A stretch of DNA of 64,000 nucleotides from Gemmatimonadales bacterium (GCA_965250155.1 OZ252291.1:382-64381); one strand, 5' to 3'; shown: positions 18,479 through 29,063, numbered from the stretch's first letter. Numbers and translations: made by a program. Notes: generated by a model from the letters alone, not told the origin.

Positions 18479-19207
18479 CTAGCCGAGCAGCCGCTCGGAG
18501 TCAACGCGGAGCTGTTCTATGGCTTTTCTGGTAATCGCCATGAGCTTATCGCGATCCTCATATGTCAATCCTTCGGTGGAAATCTGCTCGCCAAACATGA
18601 TAGCGATGGGGTGGGGATCGAGACGAACCGTGCCCTTGGGCAGTAGAGTGAACGTTCCCGCGCAATAGACCGGAATGACGGGTACCTGGGCTGCGAGGGC
18701 GAGAACGAACGGCCCTTTCTTGAAGGGCAGCAGGTCACCGGTGCGACTGCGCGTGCCCTCGGGAAACAAAACGGCGCTCATCCCCTTTCGGATATACGCC
18801 GCCGCTTCCTCATACGCCGAAAACGCCGCCTGGCGGTTTTGTCTATCTATGTAGATGTGACCCGCCGACTGCATGGCCCGACCCAAGACGGGAATCTGCT
18901 GTAGCTCCTTCTTCGCGACAAAACGCGTCTGCCCCGGGAGGATGGAGGCCAACGCCCAAATGTCGAACCACGACTGGTGGTTTGAGACATATACGACCGG
19001 ACGGTCCGCAGGGACTCCGTCGTATCCCGATATGCGCACCTCTACTCCCGCAACCTTGATCATCCGGACGGACCAACGCCGCGCACACTCGTCATACACC
19101 CCGCCGGGCTTGTTGGGAACGCGGAGCAAGCCTGCCGCCACAGCCTTGCTGGCGTACCAAGCGGTGTAGACGAAGAGATTGATGAGGAACCAGGCGGTGT
19201 GGAGCAT
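18479..19207 (-). CDS. plsC: 1-acyl-sn-glycerol-3-phosphate acyltransferase
   Basis: NHQSWFD (H.4D box) and FPEGTRS motifs. Confidence 0.85.
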   Translation of the reverse strand: MLHTAWFLINLFVYTAWYASKAVAAGLLRVPNKPGGVYDECARRWSVRMIKVAGVEVRISGYDGVPADRPVVYVSNHQSWFDIWALASILPGQTRFVAKKELQQIPVLGRAMQSAGHIYIDRQNRQAAFSAYEEAAAYIRKGMSAVLFPEGTRSRTGDLLPFKKGPFVLALAAQVPVIPVYCAGTFTLLPKGTVRLDPHPIAIMFGEQISTEGLTYEDRDKLMAITRKAIEQLRVDSERLLG

Positions 19208-19283
19208 GCCCTACCTCCCCACTCGTCCGCCAGGGAGGAGGGGCCAGGTTAGAAATGCGAGAATTAACAAGCTCGATGGTCGG

Positions 19284-20225
19284 TCAAAAGTGTTCAAACG
19301 ACGACAGGTTGGAAACAACCACGCCATCCCGCTCGACGCTGGCGTCGGAACCAGCTTCCACACGCCCCACACGGGTCAATGATAATCCGAACCGCCCGGA
19401 AAATTCACTGGCAACCGAGTCGTCCTCGGTCAGTGCGACGAGCAATTCGTACTCCTCTCCACTCGTCAGAGCCTGCTCCGGACCTACCGCCGCCGGGTGC
19501 ACGGGCACGGCATTGAGATCCAACACGCACGCCACCTCCGACGCGGCAGCGAGGTGGCCAGCATCCGCCAGCAAGCCGTCGCTCACATCGATCATTGCGT
19601 GCACACCGCGGTCGCGAAGCCACCGCGCTTCCACGATTCTAGCCCGCGGCCGGACGAAGCGCGCGCGCGCCAAGGCGTCAGGCTCGCTGAGGCCGTCCCA
19701 TGCGGCCAGGGCGGCGGCAGGGCCACCCAACCGCCCCGTCACGAACAATCCGTCGCCCACTCGGGCGCCGCTGCGCAGCACAGGCTCCTTCTCCAGTCGT
19801 CCCACGACAGTCACGTCCAACACCATCCGGTCACACCTGACAATGTCGCCGCCCCAGATTACGGCGCCGGCTTCTTTCGTGGCTCCCGCCACGCCTTCCA
19901 TCACTTCCGCCACGTCCCCCTCGGGCCGCTCAGCCGGCACACCCACGCTAACGGTGATGCCGAGGGGTGTTGCGGCGACAGCCGCTAGGTCGGACAGACC
20001 GGCCGTCGCGGCACGCCACCCTATTTCATGCAACCCCATCCAGCCGGCCTGGAAGTGCGTTCCCTCGATAGACAGGTCACTGGAGATCGCAAGTCGCGCC
20101 CCGTCCACCTCGAAGAACGCGCAGTCGTCTCCCGAAGCGGCGGCACCCTCGCCAATCCGTCGCCAGATGCTGCGGATCATGTCGAATTCGGCACCTGGGC
20201 CCATAGCGGTGTGGTCAGTCCTCAT
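19284..20225 (-). CDS. thiL: Thiamine-monophosphate kinase
   Basis: GDDCAFFEVDG..LAISSDLSIEGTHF and AIR-synthase-like fold motifs; 313 aa. Confidence 0.85.
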   Translation of the reverse strand: MRTDHTAMGPGAEFDMIRSIWRRIGEGAAASGDDCAFFEVDGARLAISSDLSIEGTHFQAGWMGLHEIGWRAATAGLSDLAAVAATPLGITVSVGVPAERPEGDVAEVMEGVAGATKEAGAVIWGGDIVRCDRMVLDVTVVGRLEKEPVLRSGARVGDGLFVTGRLGGPAAALAAWDGLSEPDALARARFVRPRARIVEARWLRDRGVHAMIDVSDGLLADAGHLAAASEVACVLDLNAVPVHPAAVGPEQALTSGEEYELLVALTEDDSVASEFSGRFGLSLTRVGRVEAGSDASVERDGVVVSNLSSFEHF

Positions 20226-21875
20226 TCACAACCCCACTGCCCTCTTCTCGATCCTCACCAACCCTCTTTCCGTCCCCACCCAAATAAGGTCTCTCGATAC
20301 CGCAAGATCGCGCACGGCGCCGGGTAGATCACCCGGCCCGGCTGCTGCCAGAAACTCGCGGGTCCCAAACCTGAAATACTGTACCCCCAGCTCTCCTCCA
20401 ACCCACACTCCGTCGCCGTCTGCGGCAAGCGCCGTAATGCGCCCCAGCCCGCCGAGGGGCGACTCCTGAACCCACCGTCCGTCGGAGTCGCGCCAGAGGA
20501 TTCGATCGCGCGTAGCCATTACCGGGTGCCCCGGCGACACTGCCAACGCCGCTACCGGCTCCAGCAGCAGCGGTTCTCCGCTGGTGAGACCGGGAATGGT
20601 CACGCGCTCCGTTCCGTCCGGCAAGAACAACAGTCCGTTGGGCCCACCTGCCCATAAGGACCTTCCGTCCGCCACGATCACACTGATCAGGGCGCCCGCC
20701 CCTATGGTGGCCTCCGCCGGCTCGACGGTTGCGCCACCGTCACGCAGCAGCACCAGCCCGCGGGAGGTGCCAACCCACAAGCCATCGGCTGTGACGGCCA
20801 GCGCGTAGGTGTCGTTGGCGGGAAGGCCCGCCCTGCGGTCGATGGTACTCGACGGTCTGGCACCCAGCCGCACCACACCCACGTCGGTCGCGGCCCAGAA
20901 CTGGTCTTCCCAACCGACGATGTCCCGGACCTCACGGAACGTATATCCGATCGCTCCCGTCCCACGGTCCAGGCGCGAACTCCCGAGATCCTCGCTTATC
21001 CAGGAAAAGCCGGGGACGTAGGGAGTGGGGAATCGGGAGTCGGGAGTCGTCCCCACCCAGACCCCACCATCGGCCACAACTATGGCCCCGACACCGTCAG
21101 CGAGAAGCCCAAAGGGCATGCGCTCCAGGCGGGCCACCCCGCCGTCGTAACGCACGAGGCCTAGCCCGTTGGTTCCAAAGTACGCGTTTCGGTTCATGGG
21201 GTCGGGTGCCCCCGACGTGTAACGGTGTTGTCGCCCCGCTTCGAACAGGGAGACGGCCTGCAGTGGATCCGCAGCGGGAAACCGCCGCAGTACTACTTCG
21301 AGCGTGGAGGGAACGAGGCGACGTCCGGCTGGTGGCAGGTCGAAGGCCCTCATCGCCACGCCGCTGCCCCGGGGGATGAGCATCCACTCCTGCGGGGTAC
21401 GAACGTATAACCCGCGGACCGGATCGGATTGATCGAACATCAACCCCTGCACGCCCTGTGGGATCGCAATACGATGGAAGCGATGTAGCATCGGCATGTA
21501 ATGCACCACCCCGTCCACGGTCGCGATCCACAGCGTTTCGTCGGATGGGTCGCCTAGCAGCGCAACCGTCTCGCTTTCGGGGAATCCGTCCAATTCGGTG
21601 ACGGGAGGTAGCCACTGATCGAACCGGGAGTCGTAAGCGATCAAGCCGCCGCGGGTCGCGGCAAAGACTCCGATGTTGGTGGCCGCCACCTGGAGGATGT
21701 GGTTGTAGTTGCGGAGAACCACGCGTTCTTCCGGGCGCCAGATGCGGGATTGGGAGACGGCAGGTTGGGCGACCAACAGAAATCCGAGCAAAAGTCGGAC
21801 GGTCTGATGGTCTGACACAGTGGAATGTGTCGACTCACGCTTGTCTAGCTGTCCGACCGTCAGTCCGACTCTCAT
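20226..21875 (-). CDS. Exported beta-propeller protein with two-component-regulator-propeller-like repeats
   Basis: Recurrent LWVGT..GL motifs (LWIATVDGVVHY, GVWVGTTPDS, GLWVGTSRGLVLL, LIWVGTERGLVRI). The ATG at 21875 overlaps the nnr stop (ATGA). There is a hydrophobic N-terminal segment. Confidence 0.7.
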   Translation of the reverse strand: MRVGLTVGQLDKRESTHSTVSDHQTVRLLLGFLLVAQPAVSQSRIWRPEERVVLRNYNHILQVAATNIGVFAATRGGLIAYDSRFDQWLPPVTELDGFPESETVALLGDPSDETLWIATVDGVVHYMPMLHRFHRIAIPQGVQGLMFDQSDPVRGLYVRTPQEWMLIPRGSGVAMRAFDLPPAGRRLVPSTLEVVLRRFPAADPLQAVSLFEAGRQHRYTSGAPDPMNRNAYFGTNGLGLVRYDGGVARLERMPFGLLADGVGAIVVADGGVWVGTTPDSRFPTPYVPGFSWISEDLGSSRLDRGTGAIGYTFREVRDIVGWEDQFWAATDVGVVRLGARPSSTIDRRAGLPANDTYALAVTADGLWVGTSRGLVLLRDGGATVEPAEATIGAGALISVIVADGRSLWAGGPNGLLFLPDGTERVTIPGLTSGEPLLLEPVAALAVSPGHPVMATRDRILWRDSDGRWVQESPLGGLGRITALAADGDGVWVGGELGVQYFRFGTREFLAAAGPGDLPGAVRDLAVSRDLIWVGTERGLVRIEKRAVGL

Positions 21876-23476
21876 ACCACCGCTGGCGGATCCAACGTCA
21901 GCAACACCGGGGGTTCGGTGGTTGGCGGCACTTCCAATTGGCGCCACACCTCCGGCACGGCCGCCATGACGTCATCCGGTCGCACGGTTCGCACCGATCC
22001 GTTGACGGACGCTACCTCAGCAGCCCGCCCTACCATGTGGGCACCCAAAGAGGCGGCGTCACGGGTGTCCAGCCCTTGCGCGAGAAACGTCGCGACGAAA
22101 CCCGACAAGACGTCGCCGCTGCCCCCGGTAGCCAACCCTGGGTTGCCGCTACCCGTCACATTCACCGAACCATCTCTGCTGGCGATGATGGTCGGCACTC
22201 CTTTGAGCAGGACGGTGAACGTCTGCATCGCGCCAGTCAACTCGAGGACGTCATCATCTCTCTTTACTGGGCCGGCGGCCTGAAACGCCGCCGCGAATCG
22301 GTCGGTCGCGGCAAGCTCACTCTGTGTCGGGAACGCCGCCTTGAATTCACCCAAGTGGGGGGTAAACACGCGGGCCGCGTTTCCCGACAGGAGCGCGTCG
22401 CCAGCCACTTGCAGCGCGTCGGCATCGACTACGAACGACGTTCCACCAGTGCTCGGCAACCCGGGTCCCGGTGCCGTCTCGAGCACATTCTTCACGAAAG
22501 CAGCCCGCGCCGCATCACGTCCCAGTCCAGGCCCCAGCACCACTGCATCCGCCCACTCGAGAGCGGCAGCCAATTCCGGTTCCACGTCCGGCCCGAGGGC
22601 TGTTTGCAGCGTCATCACATCGGGCAGCGATTCCTGCAGTGCGGCCACGGAATCCGGTTGAGCTGCCACCTTCACGAGACCCGCACCGGCGGCGAACGCT
22701 CCCCGGGCGGCGTGACGGACGGCGCCTGCCATGCCGTTCTGGCCTCCGACGATCAGCACGCGGCCACGGTCGCCTTTGTGCATGGCCGCTCGGAACCGTG
22801 GTATCCTGGTGACCGCCCACCGGTCGTCTACAAATGACGGCCATGCAGAGAGCGGTTGGACAAACCCCATCTCCACCACTACGGTCCGACCACACCACTC
22901 CCGGGCGATGACATGCCCGCGGCGCAAGCCGCCAAACGTTACCGTGAGATTTGCGTGCACCGGTCCGTGCGTTTCTCCGGTGCTGAGATCGAGTCCCGTG
23001 GGACCGTCTATGGCCACGACCCGGGCCCCGTAATCAACGATCCGATCGGCCAGCTCTCCGATTTCGCCGCGTGGCTCACCACTCGCCCCCGTACCCAGCA
23101 GGGCATCCACGACGATGGCCGCACGCGGCCACTCCTCCTCTATCGCGAGTTGTTGCATCAGGCTTCCCAAAGCCAACCCCCGGTTGGCCTCGCAGTCGGG
23201 CGAGCGTTCTCGGTCCACCTCGACCACCCAGACGGGAACGCCGAGTGCTTGCAGGGCACGTGCGACAACCCAGCCGTCGCCGCCGTTGTTGCCGTGTCCC
23301 GCCGCAACGATGACACCCTTGGACAACTCGGAGCCGAACTCCCTTCCGATGACACCGGCCGTGGCCCGGCCTGCGGACTCCATGAGCACACGCGATGGGA
23401 CCCCTGCCTCGATAGACAAGCGGTCCCACTCGGCCGATTGGTTTGCGTCGAGGACGGGAATGGTGGGGACGGTCAT
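21872..23476 (-). CDS. nnr: Bifunctional NAD(P)H-hydrate repair enzyme (epimerase/ADP-dependent dehydratase)
   Basis: N-terminal YjeF_N (GHGNNGGDGWVVARAL) and C-terminal carbohydrate-kinase-like dehydratase (GGSGDVLSG). Confidence 0.9.
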   Translation of the reverse strand: MTVPTIPVLDANQSAEWDRLSIEAGVPSRVLMESAGRATAGVIGREFGSELSKGVIVAAGHGNNGGDGWVVARALQALGVPVWVVEVDRERSPDCEANRGLALGSLMQQLAIEEEWPRAAIVVDALLGTGASGEPRGEIGELADRIVDYGARVVAIDGPTGLDLSTGETHGPVHANLTVTFGGLRRGHVIAREWCGRTVVVEMGFVQPLSAWPSFVDDRWAVTRIPRFRAAMHKGDRGRVLIVGGQNGMAGAVRHAARGAFAAGAGLVKVAAQPDSVAALQESLPDVMTLQTALGPDVEPELAAALEWADAVVLGPGLGRDAARAAFVKNVLETAPGPGLPSTGGTSFVVDADALQVAGDALLSGNAARVFTPHLGEFKAAFPTQSELAATDRFAAAFQAAGPVKRDDDVLELTGAMQTFTVLLKGVPTIIASRDGSVNVTGSGNPGLATGGSGDVLSGFVATFLAQGLDTRDAASLGAHMVGRAAEVASVNGSVRTVRPDDVMAAVPEVWRQLEVPPTTEPPVLLTLDPPAVV

Positions 23477-23543
23477 TGGTTAGCCCGTCGGCAAGTCCGA
23501 ACTCCCCACTCCCGACTCTCCGGCCCCCGGCGTTCCCTCTCCA

Positions 23544-24332
23544 TCATCTGATCACCACCCCGGCATACGCCACCACTCGGCTATCGTCTCCGGTCACCCA
23601 GCCGCTGTTGCGGTAATCCACGACCTCCACCTGCTGTGCGCCGAGCAGCCGCGCGGCTTCGAGGACTACCGCCGCAGGCCCACGCCCACACATCGTGATG
23701 TTGTGTTGGTGACACGCTTTCAGAAGTCCCTCACCATCGAGCTGGACGACACGGTCCAGGGCGATCCGATCTTTCCGTGCTGCCGACTCGGCGTTTTCGT
23801 AATGGGTCATGTCGGACGACGCGACCAGACTAATCGGCTGGTGCCACTCGCGGACGACACCGGCGAGCGCTTCACCGAGTTGGCGGCACCGGTCCCAGTC
23901 ATCCCATGCAAGGACGATCGGGACCAGATCGGAGTCGGGAGCCAACAGGGAGAGAAATGGAAGTTCGACTTCAATGGCGTGCTCTCGTGCGTGAGCCATG
24001 GGGTCGTGCACCACCAGCGAACACGCGTCGCACAAGGCGGACACGAACTCATCCGCAATGGAGATGTCACCGAGGGGCGTCTGGAATGTCCCGCTTCTCC
24101 AGGTGCTGGCTCCACTCCTGGCGCCCAGCATCCCCGTGTGGTTCGGTGCCAGGATGACGACCGTCGAGGAGAGTTGCAGGCGTTTGAAGACCTCGGCGGC
24201 GCAGGAACCGGAGTAGATCAAACCTGCATGGGGAACGATTGCGGCCACGGCGGGCCCCGCAGTCGCCTGGACCTCGGCGAGCAGGTCCTCAACGAGGTTC
24301 CGGAGCTCCTGTGGCTCTCCGGGATAAAACAA
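23544..24332 (-). CDS. amrB: AmmeMemoRadiSam system protein B (MEMO1 family); start uncertain
   Basis: AVAGLFYPGEPQEL, IVPHAGLIYSG, SSDMTHYE. The only in-frame start is the TTG at 24332, although homology (IRRPAVAG) runs a few codons further upstream. Confidence 0.8.
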   Translation of the reverse strand: MFYPGEPQELRNLVEDLLAEVQATAGPAVAAIVPHAGLIYSGSCAAEVFKRLQLSSTVVILAPNHTGMLGARSGASTWRSGTFQTPLGDISIADEFVSALCDACSLVVHDPMAHAREHAIEVELPFLSLLAPDSDLVPIVLAWDDWDRCRQLGEALAGVVREWHQPISLVASSDMTHYENAESAARKDRIALDRVVQLDGEGLLKACHQHNITMCGRGPAAVVLEAARLLGAQQVEVVDYRNSGWVTGDDSRVVAYAGVVIR

Positions 24333-24422
24333 CCCCGCAACTGCGGGACGCCGGATTTCCCCTATTTGAAGCTCTGTCCGATGGTCCGCCCGAGAGAGAT
24401 CTCGCCGTTGTCGATGCGGAGG

Positions 24423-24557
24423 TTATAGCCCGCACTCTTGATCCGAGCAAACCCATGCTTTGTACATGATCGGCGCACCATCCCGTCCGTAATCGGAAAG
24501 TGGTATCAACTGCCCTTTCCCACACTTCATGCACTTCGGCCAATCCCTGCCTTCCAT
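24423..24557 (-). CDS. Unlisted 44-aa zinc-ribbon mini-protein
   Basis: MEGRDWPKCMKCGKGQLIPLSDYGRDGAPIMYKAWVCSDQECGL has C..C and C....C pairs. GGTGGAAAG lies directly upstream of the ATG. It fills the gap between Minf_1886 and amrB on the same strand. Confidence 0.5.
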   Translation of the reverse strand: MEGRDWPKCMKCGKGQLIPLSDYGRDGAPIMYKAWVCSDQECGL

Positions 24558-24617
24558 CTTTCCACCCCCTTCACTCCTCTTTAAGGACTGAGGAACACCT
24601 CGCCGGCCGGCCTCATG

Positions 24618-25010
24618 TTAACACTCTACGCACCGCACACCCGTCCAGGGATAGTCTCTATCAAATTCTGCGGCAAAACCATAGACGTTGTCGAAGTCCG
24701 AGATCTGGTCTGATTCTTCTTTCATGAACAGGCCGACTTCGATCAGCGTGAACACGATCCGGCCGATGTCTTCGGTGCTCCCGAGCCCCCAGTGGTTCAA
24801 CACTGTTCGAGCTGTCAAGCCAAACCGCTCTAAGGCAAAATCCCGGCACGCCCAGGCCAACTCAGGGCCTGTGACATGGCCTCGCACCGGGCGTTGCTGC
24901 TGGCCGTATTCCAGGGCCGCCAGAACGAACAGATAGGCCCGCTCGTGATACTGACCATCCACCTCGCGGATGCGGTCCAGAATCTCGTCGGCGAGTTGCA
25001 GCTCAGTCAT
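24618..25010 (-). CDS. Minf_1886 family protein (uncharacterised)
   Basis: YHERAYLFVLAALEY...HVTGPELAWACRDFALERFGLTARTVLNHWGLGSTEDIGRIVFTLIEVGLF matches my recollection of this family (TIGR04138-like). Confidence 0.6.
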   Translation of the reverse strand: MTELQLADEILDRIREVDGQYHERAYLFVLAALEYGQQQRPVRGHVTGPELAWACRDFALERFGLTARTVLNHWGLGSTEDIGRIVFTLIEVGLFMKEESDQISDFDNVYGFAAEFDRDYPWTGVRCVEC

Positions 25011-25052
25011 GCCTCAAAGTTGGTATGGTGGATGGGGGGGAGCAAGAGGGAC

Positions 25053-26309
25053 TCACGTCGTCGCCGCCGATATATACAGCGGAAAGCTCTCGGCCAGCTC
25101 CCGCACCTCGGTTGCCACGGCGCCGACCGTTTCTTCGTCGCGCGAGGCGAGGACCCGCGCAATGAAGTCGCCTATCCGCGCCATCTCGTCCTCACACATG
25201 CCTCGGGTCGTCAGGGCCGGCGTCCCGATCCGCAGGCCGCTCGTGACAAACGGCGAGCGAGGATCGCCGGGGACCGTGTTCTTGTTGACGTGGATTCCGG
25301 CGCGCCCCAGGGTTTCTTCGGCGTCCTTGCCCGAGAAGTCCTTGTTGCGCAGGTCCACCAGAATCAGGTGTGTGTCCGTTCCGCCGGAGACGAGGTCGTA
25401 TCCTCGCTGGGCCAACACTTCGCCAAGTTTCTTGGCGTTTCGGATTACCTGTGCCCCGTATTCCTTGAAGGCCGGCTGCAGTGCCTGACCGAACGCGACC
25501 GCCTTCCCGGCTATTACGTGCTCCAGGGGTCCTCCCTGCCCACCCGGAAAGACGCTCTTGTCCACCGCCTTCGCAAACTCCTTACGACACAGAATGAAGC
25601 CGCCACGCGGGCCGCAAAGCGTCTTGTGCGTCGTGCTCGTGACTACCTGGGCGTGCTCCACGGGGTTCGGATAGTGCCCGCCGGCCACCAAACCGGCGAA
25701 ATGCGCCATATCGACCAGGAATACGGCGTCGACCTCCCGAGCGACATCCGCAAAGGCCGCGAAGTCGATGATACGGGGATAGGCACTGGTGCCCGCAATG
25801 ATGAGCTTCGGGCGTTCCCGCAATACCAACTCGCGCACTTGGTCCATGTCGATCAAACCCGTCGACTCATCGACGCCATACTGGACCGAATGGAAAATCT
25901 GTCCACTATGATTGACCTTGTGACCGTGGGTGAGGTGTCCCCCGTGTGGCAGGGACATGCCCATGAGTTTCTCGCCGGGCTTCAATACAGCCATGTAGGC
26001 GGTGAGGTTAGCCTGCGAACCGGCGTGGGGCTGCACGTTGGCGTGATCGGCGCCGAACAGCCGTTTGGCCCGGTCGATTGCCAGCTGCTCGATTTCGTCG
26101 ACGATCTCACATCCTCCGTAATACCGCTTCCGGGGATAGCCTTCCGCATATTTATTGGTGAGTGGCGATCCCATCGCGTCCATCACTGCTTGGGACGTGA
26201 AATTCTCGCTCGCGATCAGCTCCAACCCTTCTTCTTGCCGCTGGGTTTCTCGTTGAACCAATCGAAAAACGATAGGGTCGACATCCTCGAGACGATCTAT
26301 CAATGTCAT
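25053..26309 (-). CDS. glyA: Serine hydroxymethyltransferase
   Basis: [23 protein letters not shown], 418 aa full length. Confidence 0.97.
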   Translation of the reverse strand: MTLIDRLEDVDPIVFRLVQRETQRQEEGLELIASENFTSQAVMDAMGSPLTNKYAEGYPRKRYYGGCEIVDEIEQLAIDRAKRLFGADHANVQPHAGSQANLTAYMAVLKPGEKLMGMSLPHGGHLTHGHKVNHSGQIFHSVQYGVDESTGLIDMDQVRELVLRERPKLIIAGTSAYPRIIDFAAFADVAREVDAVFLVDMAHFAGLVAGGHYPNPVEHAQVVTSTTHKTLCGPRGGFILCRKEFAKAVDKSVFPGGQGGPLEHVIAGKAVAFGQALQPAFKEYGAQVIRNAKKLGEVLAQRGYDLVSGGTDTHLILVDLRNKDFSGKDAEETLGRAGIHVNKNTVPGDPRSPFVTSGLRIGTPALTTRGMCEDEMARIGDFIARVLASRDEETVGAVATEVRELAESFPLYISAATT

Positions 26310-26746
26310 TCGTCAACCTCGATCTTGGCGACGCGCCGTTCGTGGCGCCCTCCATCGAACGGTGCTTCGAGCCAGCGACGCAGGATTTCCACGCCCTGTT
26401 CTTCTCTGACGAAACCCGCCGGCAATATCAATACGTTGGCATCGTTGTGCCGCCGGGCTAGCTCGGCGATCTCCGGGGTCCACGCCACAGCGGCCCGCAC
26501 ACCTGCAAAGCGATTCGCGGCATATGACATACCCAACCCCGTTCCGCACATCAACACACCACGGGTGACGGCCCCTTCGCCTACCTGCGAGGCCACTTGC
26601 TTGGCGTAGTCGGGATAGTCGACCGACTCTGTGCTATAGGTTCCCACGTCCACCGGCTCGAAGCCCAATGCCTCGAGTTCCGCCTTCAGTCGCTCTTTGA
26701 GCGCAAACCCAGCATGGTCGGCCCCGATGGGGATTTTCTCAGCCAA
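26306..26746 (-). CDS. rpiB: Ribose-5-phosphate isomerase B
   Basis: [49 protein letters not shown]. Confidence 0.92.
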   Translation of the reverse strand: MAEKIPIGADHAGFALKERLKAELEALGFEPVDVGTYSTESVDYPDYAKQVASQVGEGAVTRGVLMCGTGLGMSYAANRFAGVRAAVAWTPEIAELARRHNDANVLILPAGFVREEQGVEILRRWLEAPFDGGRHERRVAKIEVDE

Positions 26747-26823
26747 TTCCCCCTCCAGAGGATGGTAGATGGTAGCTCAGTTTATTCAAGAGACGGAAAG
26801 AGGGAAGGGCGGAAGTCCGCGCC

Positions 26824-27873
26824 TTACTTTGCAACCACGGCCCGCTTGGCCTCTTCGATCCTGCGCTCCGCGAGCCGGCGGGCGGCCCTATAGGAAGGAA
26901 TACCCTCGTCGCGCGCAATCTCAAGGACGCCCAGGATGGTGTTATGGATTTCTCCCGCCTTGACATGCACTTCCTCCCTTGTCCAACCGGCCAATTCCGC
27001 ATTCACGTTGATCAACCCGCCACTATTGACAATGTAGTCAGGTGCATAGATGATCCCGCGCGCGTCCAAGGCGTTGCCGTGGCGGTCTTCCGCCAACTGA
27101 TTGTTGGCCCCGCCCGCGATAATATCCACTTTCAGAACGTCGATCGTGTCATCGTTGATCACCGCCCCTAGGGCGCACGGGGCAAAGATGTCGGCATCTA
27201 CCGCATAGATCTCGTCCGCACCAACGGACTTGGCCCCAAACTCGCAAACGACCCGGTCGACTTTTTCCTGATCGATGTCGGTCACGATCAGGTGGGCACC
27301 CTCTTCATTGAGCGCCTTGCAGAGATAGTATCCCACGTGGCCGAGGCCCTGAACCGCGATCGTCTTGTCGCAAAGTGACTCGTCACCATACTTGAAGAGG
27401 GCGCAAGCTTTCATTCCGCGATACACCCCGAAGGCCGTCACCGGGGAAGGATCGCCGGAGCGTTCTTGCAGGCCACATACGTATGAAGTCTCCTGCCGAA
27501 CATATGCCATGTCTTGCGGCGACGTGCCGACGTCTTCCGCCGTGATGTATCGCCCGCCCATCAGTTCCACGTGGCGCCCGTGGGCTCGAAAGAGGCTTTC
27601 CCTCTCCGCCGTCTTGTTGTCTCCCAGAATCACGCTCTTTCCGCCGCCCAGATCGAGGCCCGCTACCGCAGCCTTGAACGTCATTCCTCTCGAGAGACGC
27701 AATACGTCGATGAGCGCCTCTTGTTCATTCTCGTAATTCCAGAAACGGGTCCCGCCAAGAGCGGGGCCTAGGGTGGTGCTATGGATTGCTATGATGCCAC
27801 GGTACCCACTATCCGGATCATACATGTAGCTGACTTGCTCATGCGCGTATCTGCGAATCGCTTCAAAAATCAC
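26824..27873 (-). CDS. Leu/Phe/Val (leucine-type) amino-acid dehydrogenase
   Basis: GPALGGTRFW, KAAVAGLDLGGGKSVI (catalytic Lys), VQGLGHVGYYL Rossmann motif. Confidence 0.88.
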   Translation of the reverse strand: MIFEAIRRYAHEQVSYMYDPDSGYRGIIAIHSTTLGPALGGTRFWNYENEQEALIDVLRLSRGMTFKAAVAGLDLGGGKSVILGDNKTAERESLFRAHGRHVELMGGRYITAEDVGTSPQDMAYVRQETSYVCGLQERSGDPSPVTAFGVYRGMKACALFKYGDESLCDKTIAVQGLGHVGYYLCKALNEEGAHLIVTDIDQEKVDRVVCEFGAKSVGADEIYAVDADIFAPCALGAVINDDTIDVLKVDIIAGGANNQLAEDRHGNALDARGIIYAPDYIVNSGGLINVNAELAGWTREEVHVKAGEIHNTILGVLEIARDEGIPSYRAARRLAERRIEEAKRAVVAK

Positions 27874-27887
27874 GTCCAGTCCCTTCG

Positions 27888-29063
27888 TTAGTCGTGGTGG
27901 GAGTATAGCTCACGCGCGATGACGATACGTTGCACTTCACTTGTGCCCTCGTAAATCTCAGTCACCTTCGCATCGCGGAACAGTCGTTCAACGGGATAGT
28001 CACGCATATATCCGTACCCACCAAAAACCTGAACGGCGCGAGTCGTAACGAACATCGCCATCTCTGACGCAAACAGCTTGGCCATGCTCGCCCACATCGT
28101 GATGTCTTCGCCTCGCTGCTCGGCGCGGGCAGCCTCATGCAGTAGTGCACGTGCAGCAGATAACCGTGTCGCCATGTCTGCCAACATAAAGCTCACCCCT
28201 TGAAAATCCTTGATCGGTTTTTCGAACTGATTACGCTCGGCCGCGTACTTCACAGCATGCTCGAGCGCCGAGCGCGCTATGCCGATCGCCTGCGCGGCTA
28301 CGCTCATGCGGCCCGCATCCAGCCCCTCCATCGCGTAACCGAACCCCTTCCCTTCTTCTCCAATCAGATGCTCTGCGGTGAGTTGCACGTTGGTCAGCGC
28401 AATCTGTGTCGTTCGGGACGCGCGTAACCCCATCTTGTCTTCCGCCTTTCCCGCCCCTACACCAGGCGTGTCCGACGGCACGATGAAGAACGACAGCCCC
28501 CGCGCCCGCGAACTCGCATCGTCCGACGTACGCACCATCACGAAGAGGACATCTGCCACATCTCCGTTGGTCACCCATGCCTTCGTGCCGTCGAGCACCC
28601 AGTTAGAACCGTTCCACTCCCCACGCGCCCTCACGTTCGCCAGATCGGACCCGGCGTCCGCCTCCGATACGCAGAACGCCGCCATCAGCTCTCCTCGCGC
28701 CATCGGCTTGAGCCACCGCTCCTGCTGCTCGGTCGTGCCGTGCAACTCGAGGATGCAACAGGGGAGCGAGTTGTGAACGCCCAATGCAATGGAGACACTC
28801 GCGTCTGCCGCGGCGATCTCCTCGACCATCATCAAGTAGGTAAGCGAGTCGAGCCCCAACCCGTCCATGTCTTCCGAAACGAGAAGGCCCAGAAACCCCA
28901 ACTCACCCAATCGCTTGATGATGTGCGCCGGGTATTCCTTGTTCTCGTCCCACTCTCCTGCGTGCGGGGCGATCTCGCGCTGCGCGAAATCCCGGGCCGC
29001 CTCAACGAGCTCCCTACGACGGTCTTCGCCCACGAGGCTGTCGGCAACATCAGGAGTAGGCAT
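27888..29063 (-). CDS. Acyl-CoA dehydrogenase
   Basis: FCVSEADAGSD, WVTNG, QVFGGYGYMRDYPVERLFRDAKVTEIYEGTSEVQR. Confidence 0.92.
   Translation of the reverse strand: MPTPDVADSLVGEDRRRELVEAARDFAQREIAPHAGEWDENKEYPAHIIKRLGELGFLGLLVSEDMDGLGLDSLTYLMMVEEIAAADASVSIALGVHNSLPCCILELHGTTEQQERWLKPMARGELMAAFCVSEADAGSDLANVRARGEWNGSNWVLDGTKAWVTNGDVADVLFVMVRTSDDASSRARGLSFFIVPSDTPGVGAGKAEDKMGLRASRTTQIALTNVQLTAEHLIGEEGKGFGYAMEGLDAGRMSVAAQAIGIARSALEHAVKYAAERNQFEKPIKDFQGVSFMLADMATRLSAARALLHEAARAEQRGEDITMWASMAKLFASEMAMFVTTRAVQVFGGYGYMRDYPVERLFRDAKVTEIYEGTSEVQRIVIARELYSHHD

Noticed and set aside
19255-20469. 404-aa plus-strand ORF
   Set aside because: It is antisense to the well-supported thiL and propeller genes. 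The composition is Ala/Ser/Pro/Arg/Thr-rich with no motifs, typical of a high-GC shadow ORF.
24876-26609. 577-aa plus-strand ORF
   Set aside because: It is antisense to glyA and rpiB, both full-length with canonical motifs. The sequence is Arg/Gly/Val-rich and shows no family features.
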